Source: a virus. Taken from it: a stretch of DNA of 64,000 nucleotides. Location of the stretch: the IMG/VR virus record IMGVR_UViG_3300042197_002243, one strand, 5' to 3'. The notes under the pieces were generated by a model, which saw only the letters and a list, made by a program, of their open reading frames with translations, did no database searches and had not been told where the DNA came from. Each line of letters starts with the position of its first letter. Within the stretch, counting starts at the first letter, position 1. Shown here piece by piece: positions 7,059 through 15,845 of the stretch. Both the position numbers and the translations under genes were made by a program.

Positions 7059-7186
7059 TAAAATTGATAGAACTCTACATCCTAATAGAGAAAGCGCACT
7101 TCCCCTTTCTCAAGGGGCAATCTCCTAGGCTCTAATTGTCATTCACTGTCTCATTATGAGAAAACCCGTCGAATTTGACGGGTATA
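7059..7186 (-). ncRNA. long structured 5' leader of rlpA (candidate cis-regulatory RNA)
   Basis: ACCCGTC/GACGGGT hairpin + TTTT, then nested AGAGC/GTTCT, CCTAG/TTAGG, GAGA/TCTC, CCCCTT-GAGA-AAGGGG. Confidence 0.5.
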
Positions 7187-7191
7187 AAAAC

Positions 7192-7220
7192 ATTATAAGT
7201 GATTATTTATTATTTGTCAA
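7192..7220 (-). promoter_or_regulatory. sigma70 consensus promoter (with embedded AATAAATA late-like box) upstream of the rlpA leader
   Basis: TTGACA-17-TATAAT. Confidence 0.85.
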
Positions 7221-7434
7221 GAATGTCAATCTCTTGATCCCCAAATCCAGGGTGTCGTTCAAGCACAAGACACTGTAGGTGGTTTGGGCCTTGAGGAAGA
7301 TGAATCCACTCAGCAAATTCTTCTGCGATTGCAACTGCATCAAATTGACTTTTCAGATCTCCTTCAGCAAGTTCATGAATGCGATCAATACTCCAATCAC
7401 GAACATATGCAACTGGTTCAATCGTCTTTTCCAT
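7210..7434 (-). CDS. hypothetical protein (74 aa, MEKTIEPVAY...)
   Basis: C-terminal part of the ORF-track entry; N-terminal extension overlaps the GIY-YIG gene. Confidence 0.6.
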   Translation of the reverse strand: MEKTIEPVAYVRDWSIDRIHELAEGDLKSQFDAVAIAEEFAEWIHLPQGPNHLQCLVLERHPGFGDQEIDILDK

Positions 7435-7873
7435 AATAATCTTTTCGGAAGTATCTGCTGAGGATGTTGCTATTGTACCACGCTGGGCTTCCATCGTCAA
7501 GCGATTCTGTGAGTACATTGTTTGCAAATAACTGCCGCGTTTCTTCGAAGTTTGTTCTGCCGCCTGTTTTATGTACTGATAACATAGTTCGACTAAAATT
7601 TTCTCTGCCAAACTTGATAATGTCTTCTTTAAGTTCCGGACAAGACCCATAATACTTTTTCCAATCAGATTCAGATTTTACTTTTCGACTTTTGCCTTTT
7701 GGTTTTCGAAATGACCAGAAGTATTTTCTTCCAATATATTTTCTACCGTTTAATTTGTTTTCAATCAAATAAACGAATCCAAAGTTGTCACCAATATTGT
7801 CGGAAAGAAACACTTGCCCATTATAGTACCATGGGTTCTCATAGTCAATATCGGTACTCATCAATAATGTCAA
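7418..7873 (-). CDS. GIY-YIG nuclease, endonuclease II-like
   Basis: GFVYLIENKLNGRKYIGRK...YYGS...E...YN; position downstream of nrdB as for T4 denA. Confidence 0.75.
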   Translation of the reverse strand: MTLLMSTDIDYENPWYYNGQVFLSDNIGDNFGFVYLIENKLNGRKYIGRKYFWSFRKPKGKSRKVKSESDWKKYYGSCPELKEDIIKFGRENFSRTMLSVHKTGGRTNFEETRQLFANNVLTESLDDGSPAWYNSNILSRYFRKDYYGKDD

Positions 7874-8006
7874 TAACTTGATTCAGATATTTATGGGCAA
7901 GTCCTTTCATGTCCATATCGTGTCTTATATGATCAAGATAAAGTTGATGTTTCAATTCTAACACACGAGTTTTTATTTCTTGTTTAGAAATCTGATTTCT
8001 AGGCAT
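7845..8006 (-). CDS. hypothetical protein (53 aa, MPRNQISKQE...)
   Basis: Translated by hand; fills the gap between nrdB and the GIY-YIG gene. Confidence 0.55.
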   Translation of the reverse strand: MPRNQISKQEIKTRVLELKHQLYLDHIRHDMDMKGLAHKYLNQVIDIIDEYRY

Positions 8007-8033
8007 AAAAAAAGAGGAGACTATTGCTCCTCT
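8007..8033 (-). terminator. intrinsic terminator after nrdB
   Basis: AGAGGAG-caatagt-CTCCTCT followed by a T run. Confidence 0.75.
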
Positions 8034-8056
8034 ATGTATAATGTTTTATTTAAATA

Positions 8057-9247
8057 TTACAATTTAAAACCACTAAATGCATCTTTTTTCATATCTTGTT
8101 TGATTCCACCAACTACATACGATTCTACCTCCGTTTCCTGGGGAGCTACCTGAAGTCCCTTAGAAGAAATCCAGTGCTGAGTCCATGGAAGTGGATTATT
8201 GTTTGCAGAAATATCGTATCGTGGTTTAAGACCAATCGCTTTTAATCGACGATTTGCAACCCATTCTACGTACTGTTGAAGAAGTTTATCGTTAAGTCCA
8301 ATCATGCTTCCATCTTTGAACAGATAGTCTGCCCAACGTTTTTCTTCATTTACTGCACGATCAAACATTGCATAAACCCACTCCTCTTCTTCTTTAGCGA
8401 TTTGCTTCATTTCTGGATCATCACCATCACGCCACTTGTTTAAGATGTTTTGCGTGATTGCTAGATGTTGGTTTTCGTCTCTTGCGATAAGAGAGATGAT
8501 CTTAGCGGATCCTTCCATAAGCTTAAGTTCACCAAAGGCGAAACTACAAGCAAAACTAACGTAGAACCGAATACCTTCAAGAATGTTAACGTTTGCGACT
8601 GCTCTGTACAACTTTCGTTTAACATCGTTGAGTGTTTCCTTAGCGTACGGTACTCCTTCAAGATTATGCATCCAAGCATTAGATGCACCATAACTTTGCG
8701 CGGAATTTATGAAATCATCATATGATTCCGTGACACTCGAAGATCTTTCCAAGATACGTTCATCTGTGATGATTGTATCAAATACTTCAGATGGATCCGA
8801 ATAAACATTCTTGATGATGTATGTGTATGAACGACTATGGATCATCTCCATAAATCCCCACACTTCCATACATGCTTCCAATTCAGGAAGTGAGCAATAA
8901 GGTAAGAATGCCATTCCTGGTCCACGGCCCTGAACACTGTCAAGCATGATTTGATACTTCAGATTAGAAGTATAGATATGCTTTTGCTCTGGGCGGAGTG
9001 TTTGATAATCTCCGCGATCTTTTTGAAGAGAAACTTCTTCTGGTCTCCAGAAGTATCCTAATTGTTGAGTTGTAAGTTTTTCAAAAATTGGATATTTGTA
9101 TGAATCATATCGTTGAATTCCAAGTGGTTTTCCGAAAAACATTGGTTGTTTTTTGGAATCAAAGTGATCAGTATTGAATACTGTCATTCCTTTGACTTGC
9201 ATTTGGTTTTCCTTGGTGGATGAAATTTTAAACTGCACAGGATTCAC
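8057..9247 (-). CDS. nrdB: ribonucleotide reductase class Ia beta subunit (start uncertain)
   Basis: FWRPEEV, EMIHSRSY, LEGIRFYVSF, RDENQH, VAPQETE. Confidence 0.97.
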   Translation of the reverse strand: MNPVQFKISSTKENQMQVKGMTVFNTDHFDSKKQPMFFGKPLGIQRYDSYKYPIFEKLTTQQLGYFWRPEEVSLQKDRGDYQTLRPEQKHIYTSNLKYQIMLDSVQGRGPGMAFLPYCSLPELEACMEVWGFMEMIHSRSYTYIIKNVYSDPSEVFDTIITDERILERSSSVTESYDDFINSAQSYGASNAWMHNLEGVPYAKETLNDVKRKLYRAVANVNILEGIRFYVSFACSFAFGELKLMEGSAKIISLIARDENQHLAITQNILNKWRDGDDPEMKQIAKEEEEWVYAMFDRAVNEEKRWADYLFKDGSMIGLNDKLLQQYVEWVANRRLKAIGLKPRYDISANNNPLPWTQHWISSKGLQVAPQETEVESYVVGGIKQDMKKDAFSGFKL

Positions 9248-11528
9248 ACTCTCCTTCTTCAACTTTACTTAACTCATTAATTAGATCTTCAAGATTGGGT
9301 TTCTTGTCTTCAGTTACCTCATCAGTTTTTGCATCATACGTGTTTTGGTAATAAGAAGTTTTCCACCCGTACTTGTATGTAGTCAAAAAGTCATTTGCCA
9401 TGACCGAAACTGGGACTTCATTATCTGGATAATTTTCTGGATTGTAACTCCAGTTACCAGAAATTGCTTGATCAAAGAACTTTTGCATCATAGCAACAAT
9501 TTTAATGTATCCCTCATTACTCTTCATATCCCATAACAATGTGTAGTTGTTTTTCAATGATGTGTATTGTGGAACAACTTGCTTAAGAGGCCCTTTCTTT
9601 GATTTCTTAATGGACAAAAATCCCCGAGGGGGTTCAATTCCATTGGTTGCGTTTGACACAACGGAACTGCTCTCCGATGGCATCTGTGCGGACAGTGTTG
9701 AGTGCCTGAGGCCGTGCTCCAGGATAGATAGTCTAAGAGTTTCCCAATCATGTTGATACTTAGGGACAACGATTTCGTCTACTTCTTTTTTGTAAGTGTC
9801 AATGGGCAGTATGCCATCTGCATACTTGGTACGACCAAAGTTTTCGCAATAGCCTTTCTCCTTGGCGAGTTGATTTGATGCCTTCAGAAGAAAATATTGG
9901 AATGATTCAGAAAGTCCGTGAACGGCATTCCATGCTTCTTGAGAGTCATATTTAAATCCAAGTTTTGCCAAATAGTGTGCCAACCCAATAAACCCTATAC
10001 CTAACGACCGACGTGCCTTGGTGGCGATCTCCGCTGCCTTTACGGGATAGTTCTGATAGTCAATCAACTCGTCCAGAGAGCGAACAGAAAGGTCACAAAG
10101 GTCTTCAAGTTCTTCATCAGATTTTACCTTACCAACATTGATGGCCGAAAGAATGCACAAAGCAATTTCACCATGCTCTTCATCGATATGTTGAATTGGA
10201 TAAGTTGGTAAAGTAATTTCTTGACACAGATTGCTCATCTCAATTTTATCCTTAAAGGATGAGTGAGAATTGCAATGATCAAGATTCATAATGTAGATGC
10301 GACCCGTCTCAGCACGTTCTTTGAGAAGGTCAAGAATGAGTTCTTGTGCCTTAACAGTTTTTTTCTTAATGGACGGATCGTTTTCATATTGTACATAGAG
10401 ATCGTCAAAGCGATCTGATCCGAAAGCATCATAAAGTCCAGGTACATCGTGTGGGGAGAAAAGAGTGATCTCGCCATCTTGAATGAATCTTTCATAGAAT
10501 AACTTGCTAATCTGAATTGAGTAATCGAGTTTGCGAACACGATTATCTTCTGTACCTTTATTGTTTTTAAGAACAATAATATCTTCTATTTCTTGGTGCC
10601 AGATTGGAAAGTGGACAGTAGCACTTCCACCACGAATCCCGTTTTGTGTACAACATCTGACAGTTGCTTCAAACTTTTTGAGGAATGGGATAACACCTGT
10701 ATGCTGCACTTCTCCACCACGGATTTTGCTGTTGATGCCCCTGATGCGACCTGCGTTGATACCAATTCCCGCTCTTTGAGCAACATACCGACCAATTGCC
10801 ATATCAGAGCTGAAGATACTATCAAGGGTGTCATCAACGTCAATAAGAACGCAACTTGCAAATTGGCGAAGTGGGGTTCTAACACCTGCCATGATTGGCG
10901 TAGGAATGTTGATTTTGTGCTTGCTGATTGCGTCGTAGTATCGTTTGACATAAGACAGACGAGTCTCCTTTGGATATTCTGCAAAGATAGTCAATGCAAT
11001 CATGATATACATGAATTGTGGGGTTTCATAAACTCCACCAGTACTGCGATCTTGTACGAGATACTTATCCACAACTTGGCGAAGGCCTGCATAGGTAAAG
11101 TTAAAATCTCGTTCATGATCAATAAAACTATTTACTTTATCAATATCCTCTTGAGAATATTTTGTGTAAATGTCGTGATCATAAACTTCTGCGGAAACGC
11201 AATCGACAATATGCTGCTCAAGATGAGGAAGTTCTCTCATCTTACCATAAAGATTTTTACGCAGAGAAAACATGAGCAATCTTGCTGCGACATATTGATA
11301 GTTTGGATGATCCAAATCAATCAAATCCGAAGCAGAACGAATCAAAATTTCTTGAATTTCTCCAGTGGTGATGCCGTCATAAAACTGGATTCCAGATTGC
11401 ATTTCAACTTGACTCGCAGAGACCCCTTTAAGACCCCTACATGCCTCTTCAACCATGATGTGCATCTTATCCAAGTCAAGAGATTCAATTCCACCATTTC
11501 TCTTGACAACTTTTGTTCCGTTACTCAT
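9228..11528 (-). CDS. nrdA: ribonucleotide reductase class Ia alpha subunit with ATP cone
   Basis: VVKRNG ATP cone, PTPIMAG, QFASC, SNLCQEI, C-terminal CESC. Confidence 0.98.
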   Translation of the reverse strand: MSNGTKVVKRNGGIESLDLDKMHIMVEEACRGLKGVSASQVEMQSGIQFYDGITTGEIQEILIRSASDLIDLDHPNYQYVAARLLMFSLRKNLYGKMRELPHLEQHIVDCVSAEVYDHDIYTKYSQEDIDKVNSFIDHERDFNFTYAGLRQVVDKYLVQDRSTGGVYETPQFMYIMIALTIFAEYPKETRLSYVKRYYDAISKHKINIPTPIMAGVRTPLRQFASCVLIDVDDTLDSIFSSDMAIGRYVAQRAGIGINAGRIRGINSKIRGGEVQHTGVIPFLKKFEATVRCCTQNGIRGGSATVHFPIWHQEIEDIIVLKNNKGTEDNRVRKLDYSIQISKLFYERFIQDGEITLFSPHDVPGLYDAFGSDRFDDLYVQYENDPSIKKKTVKAQELILDLLKERAETGRIYIMNLDHCNSHSSFKDKIEMSNLCQEITLPTYPIQHIDEEHGEIALCILSAINVGKVKSDEELEDLCDLSVRSLDELIDYQNYPVKAAEIATKARRSLGIGFIGLAHYLAKLGFKYDSQEAWNAVHGLSESFQYFLLKASNQLAKEKGYCENFGRTKYADGILPIDTYKKEVDEIVVPKYQHDWETLRLSILEHGLRHSTLSAQMPSESSSVVSNATNGIEPPRGFLSIKKSKKGPLKQVVPQYTSLKNNYTLLWDMKSNEGYIKIVAMMQKFFDQAISGNWSYNPENYPDNEVPVSVMANDFLTTYKYGWKTSYYQNTYDAKTDEVTEDKKPNLEDLINELSKVEEGECESCAV

Positions 11529-12493
11529 ATTTTTTTCCAAGTAGTAAACTTTAATTTTGCTTCTAATCCACTATAAGTATTTGATTCTATCACAGACTGA
11601 ACATTAAGTCCAGACAAAACCATATCATTAATATCTTTTTGAGTTATGCCAGATGGCCAGATGACGATTCTTTCCCCCCTATGAATAACTTTGGAGATGC
11701 GGGAATGTATTTCTGCATTTCGTGGTTCGTTATCATAGATCCACACAGGATTGCTAATCCCCCACTTATTAAGATCACCATCAGCTCCACACAGAGCAAT
11801 CGAATTTGAAATGAATGTTGAGTCAAATGGTCCTTCTGTAACATAAACTGTTTTTTCTTTGTTGAGATCATCAAGTCCATAAATCTTTGGTGCATCATCA
11901 AAAAGCATGACAGTGATATATTTATTGGGAGATGGACCCAATGCTCTTCCCTGAAAACCGATTAGGTCTTTCTGATAATACAAAGGAATTATGATGCGAG
12001 ACTCTTCGTAATCTGTGTTTGCAAATGTTGGCTTAAGCGAGTTAGCAAACTCTTTAAACTTTTCTGCATAATAAAACTTCGTTGGGTCGAGTTTACGTTT
12101 CTCAAGATAGGTTCTACCACGCTCCACTTCAGAACATAAAGGGAGAACAACCTTGGTTTTAAATACAGGTTTCTCAAAAACGAAATCGGGTTCATCGGTA
12201 ATGAAGTTTCTTCCAGTATGTCCCTCTTTAAACTTTTCAAATGTATATTGTTTGTATATTGCAGGATCTACTTGCTTCAAAAAATTATTGAACGAAATAT
12301 TAACTCCACAGTTATGACACTTGAAGTTTGTATTATTTTTTACTTGATACAGATATCCTCTGGATTTACTCTTGTTCTTTTTTGAGTCTCCACAGATTGG
12401 ACATCTAAAATTATAAAGATTATTTTTTATTCTTTTAAAATTTAACAGTCTTGCAGAAATCAAATTGATGTATTTAACATCAACATAATCCAT
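11525..12493 (-). CDS. gp61: DNA primase
   Basis: FRCPICGDS, CHNCG, VTEGPFDS, DNEPRN, KDINDM. Confidence 0.96.
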   Translation of the reverse strand: MDYVDVKYINLISARLLNFKRIKNNLYNFRCPICGDSKKNKSKSRGYLYQVKNNTNFKCHNCGVNISFNNFLKQVDPAIYKQYTFEKFKEGHTGRNFITDEPDFVFEKPVFKTKVVLPLCSEVERGRTYLEKRKLDPTKFYYAEKFKEFANSLKPTFANTDYEESRIIIPLYYQKDLIGFQGRALGPSPNKYITVMLFDDAPKIYGLDDLNKEKTVYVTEGPFDSTFISNSIALCGADGDLNKWGISNPVWIYDNEPRNAEIHSRISKVIHRGERIVIWPSGITQKDINDMVLSGLNVQSVIESNTYSGLEAKLKFTTWKKI

Positions 12494-12501
12494 AATCAAA
12501 T

Positions 12502-12876
12502 TCAATAATTTCGCTGCTGTATTATAGTACTTTCGCTGCCAGGTGTCAAGACTTCAATAACATTCGTATTCATCAAAAATGTCAGGCAAGCGATTGCTCC
12601 GATAGCCATCCACACACGCTTTTCTATTGCCTGTACTCTTGACACAATACTGTCATAATCGCTGTCAACCTTATCACGGAGTTTGTCAACTTTTGCAAAG
12701 AGTATAGTGTCAGTTTCTTCTTGCTTGGTGATTCGTTCTTCATGTACTGCGAGCATCTTACTCACATTACTATTTACTTCACTAAGTTTTTCGATAGCAT
12801 TATCAATCTTGACAATGATATCTTTTAAATCTTCCAGTTTTTGTTCTAGAATGGCGACTCTAATTTCTTCGGCCAT
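12502..12876 (-). CDS. coiled-coil protein with C-terminal TM helix
   Basis: Heptad repeats followed by RVWMAIGAIACLTFLM. Confidence 0.75.
   Translation of the reverse strand: MAEEIRVAILEQKLEDLKDIIVKIDNAIEKLSEVNSNVSKMLAVHEERITKQEETDTILFAKVDKLRDKVDSDYDSIVSRVQAIEKRVWMAIGAIACLTFLMNTNVIEVLTPGSESTIIQQRNY
12521..12549 (-). promoter_or_regulatory. sigma70 consensus promoter for g61-nrdA-nrdB, inside the upstream CDS
   Basis: TTGACA-17-TATAAT. Confidence 0.8.
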
Positions 12877-12929
12877 GATGAGAATTTTTTACTCCGTTAT
12901 CTCAACGAATGGCATAGTGTTGGTCATTT

Positions 12930-13133
12930 TTATTTATCAGTTTTCCACCTTTTACGGGAACCTGGAGGTAACTTAATTTGTGGTCCCTTTCTTCTTTTCA
13001 ATCCCATAACAGGATCAAATCCAGCGGTTGGCCCTTTTGGATCTGAAGAACCACTAAACCCACCAGAACCTCCTGGAGCATTTGCTACCATTTGTTCCCT
13101 TATCATTTGAATAATTCTTTCAAGATTGGCCAT
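12930..13133 (-). CDS. small Gly-rich basic protein
   Basis: ORF track; leader ending IRE then Gly-rich and basic segments. Confidence 0.65.
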   Translation of the reverse strand: MANLERIIQMIREQMVANAPGGSGGFSGSSDPKGPTAGFDPVMGLKRRKGPQIKLPPGSRKRWKTDK

Positions 13134-13509
13134 TTTTACAAATGTTCTGAAGTTCTGATAGGCAGTTTATATCAACAGAAACATCATGAATATAACATCT
13201 TGGAGTCTCTGGCAATTTGTTTAAAAATAAAACAAATGTTTTTACTGTTGACCAAAGATCCTTTTCAATCTTATAAAATAGCATTGGAGTGGCAGCATCA
13301 CTAAAAATATTATAAAGAATGATAAAGTGATTCAAAAGCAAATGTGCTTTCAATTCTCCAGTGTTCTTATACTTTTTAAGCAAACGCTTAATGTATTTGA
13401 AATGCTGTAGATCTTTATCAAAATCTTCTTTGGTTACTGCCTGAGGATTTTCATAATGTTTGATGGCGAATAAAAGAAAATTTTCCTCATTCAATTCATT
13501 AAAAATCAT
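13120..13509 (-). CDS. T4-like phage hypothetical protein
   Basis: ELNEENFLLFAIKHYENP...LLLNHFIILYNIF. Confidence 0.8.
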   Translation of the reverse strand: MIFNELNEENFLLFAIKHYENPQAVTKEDFDKDLQHFKYIKRLLKKYKNTGELKAHLLLNHFIILYNIFSDAATPMLFYKIEKDLWSTVKTFVLFLNKLPETPRCYIHDVSVDINCLSELQNICKNGQS

Positions 13510-13515
13510 ATATTA

Positions 13516-14040
13516 TCAAGCAACTGTTGGATCGCCGTCGTAAATTGGAAGATTGCCAGTTGTGATACCGGACATTGCAACCAAAGTTTCAGACTTAACT
13601 CTCAGATTGCCATGAGTATCAACATAGGTTGTAACACCAACCCAACCTTCATGTGTCAGTGCATATGAAGTTCCTTGCGCTGCGGCAATTCCACCATCAG
13701 CGACACCATAGATATGTGGTTCATAACCTGTATTGGTTTCACTCCAGCGGCTATCAAGAACAGTATACTTAGGAAGTTCGCTGATCTGGAAATCGGTAGC
13801 AGCAACTGCAACACCACTTAAACCAGCAGTTGATGCAATAGAGAGTTGTGTGGTACTAGCAATACCAACAATTACAGCGTTTCCAATTTCTCCCTGTGGA
13901 CCAAAACGAATTACATCACCAGTGGCAGCTGCGCCAACTTGACCGAAGGTTGTGCCACTACCAGTTACAATAAGAGTAGTATAGTCAAGGGATACGGTTC
14001 CACCAGATCCTTTTGCGTCATTATTTCCCCAGAGTGCCAT
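13516..14040 (-). CDS. putative virion structural protein
   Basis: MALWG start, Gly/Thr-rich, HEGWVG...RVKSETLVAM; late promoter upstream. Confidence 0.7.
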   Translation of the reverse strand: MALWGNNDAKGSGGTVSLDYTTLIVTGSGTTFGQVGAAATGDVIRFGPQGEIGNAVIVGIASTTQLSIASTAGLSGVAVAATDFQISELPKYTVLDSRWSETNTGYEPHIYGVADGGIAAAQGTSYALTHEGWVGVTTYVDTHGNLRVKSETLVAMSGITTGNLPIYDGDPTVA

Positions 14041-14069
14041 GTTTTTTTCCGTAAAAATTTTGCTAGAAA

Positions 14070-14108
14070 TATTTATAAAAAAAGGAGACCTTACTTTTGG
14101 TCTCCCTT
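14070..14108 (-). terminator. terminator fused to late promoter
   Basis: GGAGACC-aaaagtaa-GGTCTCC + T run running into TATAAATA (14070-14077). Confidence 0.75.
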
Positions 14109-14255
14109 ATGAAGCATAACTCTTAAAAAATTAGAAATAAGATCAAGTAAACCATTCTCCTCAAATCTTTTTGTTTTTGCTAACCACTCTGAAGCAGTTA
14201 ACAATAGACCGAGAACAATCGTTACTCCCCAGTTAGTAACTAGGCAAGTAATCAT
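14091..14255 (-). CDS. small single-TM protein (54 aa), holin-like
   Basis: Hand translation MITCLVTNWGVTIVLGLLLTASEWLAKTKRFEENG... Confidence 0.55.
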   Translation of the reverse strand: MITCLVTNWGVTIVLGLLLTASEWLAKTKRFEENGLLDLISNFLRVMLHKGDQK

Positions 14256-14425
14256 TTCTGTGGTGTGAATAACTTATCTTTAACTAATGCAAATACAACA
14301 TCATCAATCGAGTTATCTGTCGTTCTTACATACTTTGCAAGAAGGTCTACAACCAATTGCTTTACAGCAGGATGTGTTGCAATTGAAATCAGAAGTGGTT
14401 TTACAACCGCTACTACTGCGTCCAT
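14252..14425 (-). CDS. hypothetical protein (57 aa, MDAVVAVVKP...)
   Basis: Hand translation; GGAGG SD; ATGA overlap with the next gene. Confidence 0.65.
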   Translation of the reverse strand: MDAVVAVVKPLLISIATHPAVKQLVVDLLAKYVRTTDNSIDDVVFALVKDKLFTPQK

Positions 14426-14466
14426 GATGTCCTCCGAATAGAGAGTATCCTGGACTATTTAGAAAA

Positions 14467-15834
14467 TCAATCTCTTGGAGAAGAGTGTAAGTATTCAGAA
14501 GTTTTCTTTTGATAATTAGCAGATGCCTTTTGTGCTGCTGCCTTTTGTGCTGCAGTTGGTTTTGGTTTCTTTGTCTTTCCAGTCATCAAAGCATCTTTAC
14601 CATATTGTTTTTCAACGCTTTGTCTTACAAGATCAAGTGCTGTTTTATCTGCCTCTGCCAACTTTTTTGCCATCTTTGTAGCAGTGGCAAGTTTAACCTC
14701 CATTCCACGGCCAGGATATCTCTTTTCAAAATCTTTGAGACTCATTGATGTTGCAATTTCTTCTCTTTTTCTTTTCTCTGCAGGAGTCAAAGTTTTTTCA
14801 TCAAGTTCAACTTCTTCATTTGCCTTTTTCATTTTTTTTTCTTTTTCAATAGCAACCGAAGTTTTTTTCATAGGTTGAGCAGGATAATAAGTTCTACCTG
14901 GAACTGCTTTACTTACAATTTCACCAGTCTCAGCATCTCTATGCATACCCTCATCAACTTGATACTCTTCACCTACAGGATCACCAGATCTAGATTTCCA
15001 GCTTCCACCATACTCTTTACTCATCTGCTTCTTAAATCCTTTTACAGCAGTTTTTCGTACAGATGCTTTGGGATGATCTGAAACATTCTGCAATGGACTT
15101 CTTCCGCTTGGTGTTTCACCGTGCTCTGGATCTACAAAAGCTTCATCAAATTTCTTTCTTACTGCAGAAACCATATCTTTGTGCGCCTTCGTCTTCATCA
15201 TCTCTTTGCGTGCTTTTTCATTTGCTTCTGCACGCTTCTTCATATCAGTCTCTAGATGTGAAGACTCACCAAGTTCTCCAAGTGCTTTATCAATTTCAAC
15301 AGTCTCAAGAAGAACTCCACCGAGTTCTTCCACCGCTTCTTTAAAATCTGGATTAATTACAATCTTGTTGTTTATATTTTTCTTTTCTTTGATTTGCTTA
15401 TGCTCATTATCCTTCTCAATTTTATCCATTACTTCAGCAAGATCTTGTCTCCAGTTAGAGAATGATTCTTTACGGGTTGCAATCGCTTTACCAATTGCCT
15501 TACGACGTTTATGAAGATACTTATCAGACTTATCTGTATCACCATCATTATCAATATCTGCATCCTCATGACCTACAGGATCCAGTGCTTCTCTTGCCAT
15601 ACCAGGAATATACTTTCCTTTCGTTTTCTTATCGACGTAAGAAATTTGGTGCCCCAGATACTTTCCATAATTCTTACCCTCGCTTGGGGGAAGTTTTTTA
15701 GTCAAGGTATCACCCGCTCTTCTTTCTGCAGAAGCAGCCTTTCTCATTTCAGTATCTTGTCCCCTTACAGCTTCCTGAACTGCAACTTTCTCCAAATACA
15801 CCTTGGAGATATCATTTAAAATATTTTGAGACAT
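14467..15834 (-). CDS. K/E-rich modular protein, putative internal head protein
   Basis: Late promoter TATAAATA at 15863-15870; EF-hand-like DADIDNDGDTDKSD; repeated hydrophobic-X-E sites. Confidence 0.75.
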   Translation of the reverse strand: MSQNILNDISKVYLEKVAVQEAVRGQDTEMRKAASAERRAGDTLTKKLPPSEGKNYGKYLGHQISYVDKKTKGKYIPGMAREALDPVGHEDADIDNDGDTDKSDKYLHKRRKAIGKAIATRKESFSNWRQDLAEVMDKIEKDNEHKQIKEKKNINNKIVINPDFKEAVEELGGVLLETVEIDKALGELGESSHLETDMKKRAEANEKARKEMMKTKAHKDMVSAVRKKFDEAFVDPEHGETPSGRSPLQNVSDHPKASVRKTAVKGFKKQMSKEYGGSWKSRSGDPVGEEYQVDEGMHRDAETGEIVSKAVPGRTYYPAQPMKKTSVAIEKEKKMKKANEEVELDEKTLTPAEKRKREEIATSMSLKDFEKRYPGRGMEVKLATATKMAKKLAEADKTALDLVRQSVEKQYGKDALMTGKTKKPKPTAAQKAAAQKASANYQKKTSEYLHSSPRD

Positions 15835-15845
15835 CTTAATAAAAA

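Noticed and set aside
7059-7186. c-di-AMP or c-di-GMP riboswitch
   Set aside because: Their conserved sequence blocks are not recognisable here
10593-11576. 327-aa plus-strand ORF
   Set aside because: Antisense shadow of nrdA; no recognisable motifs
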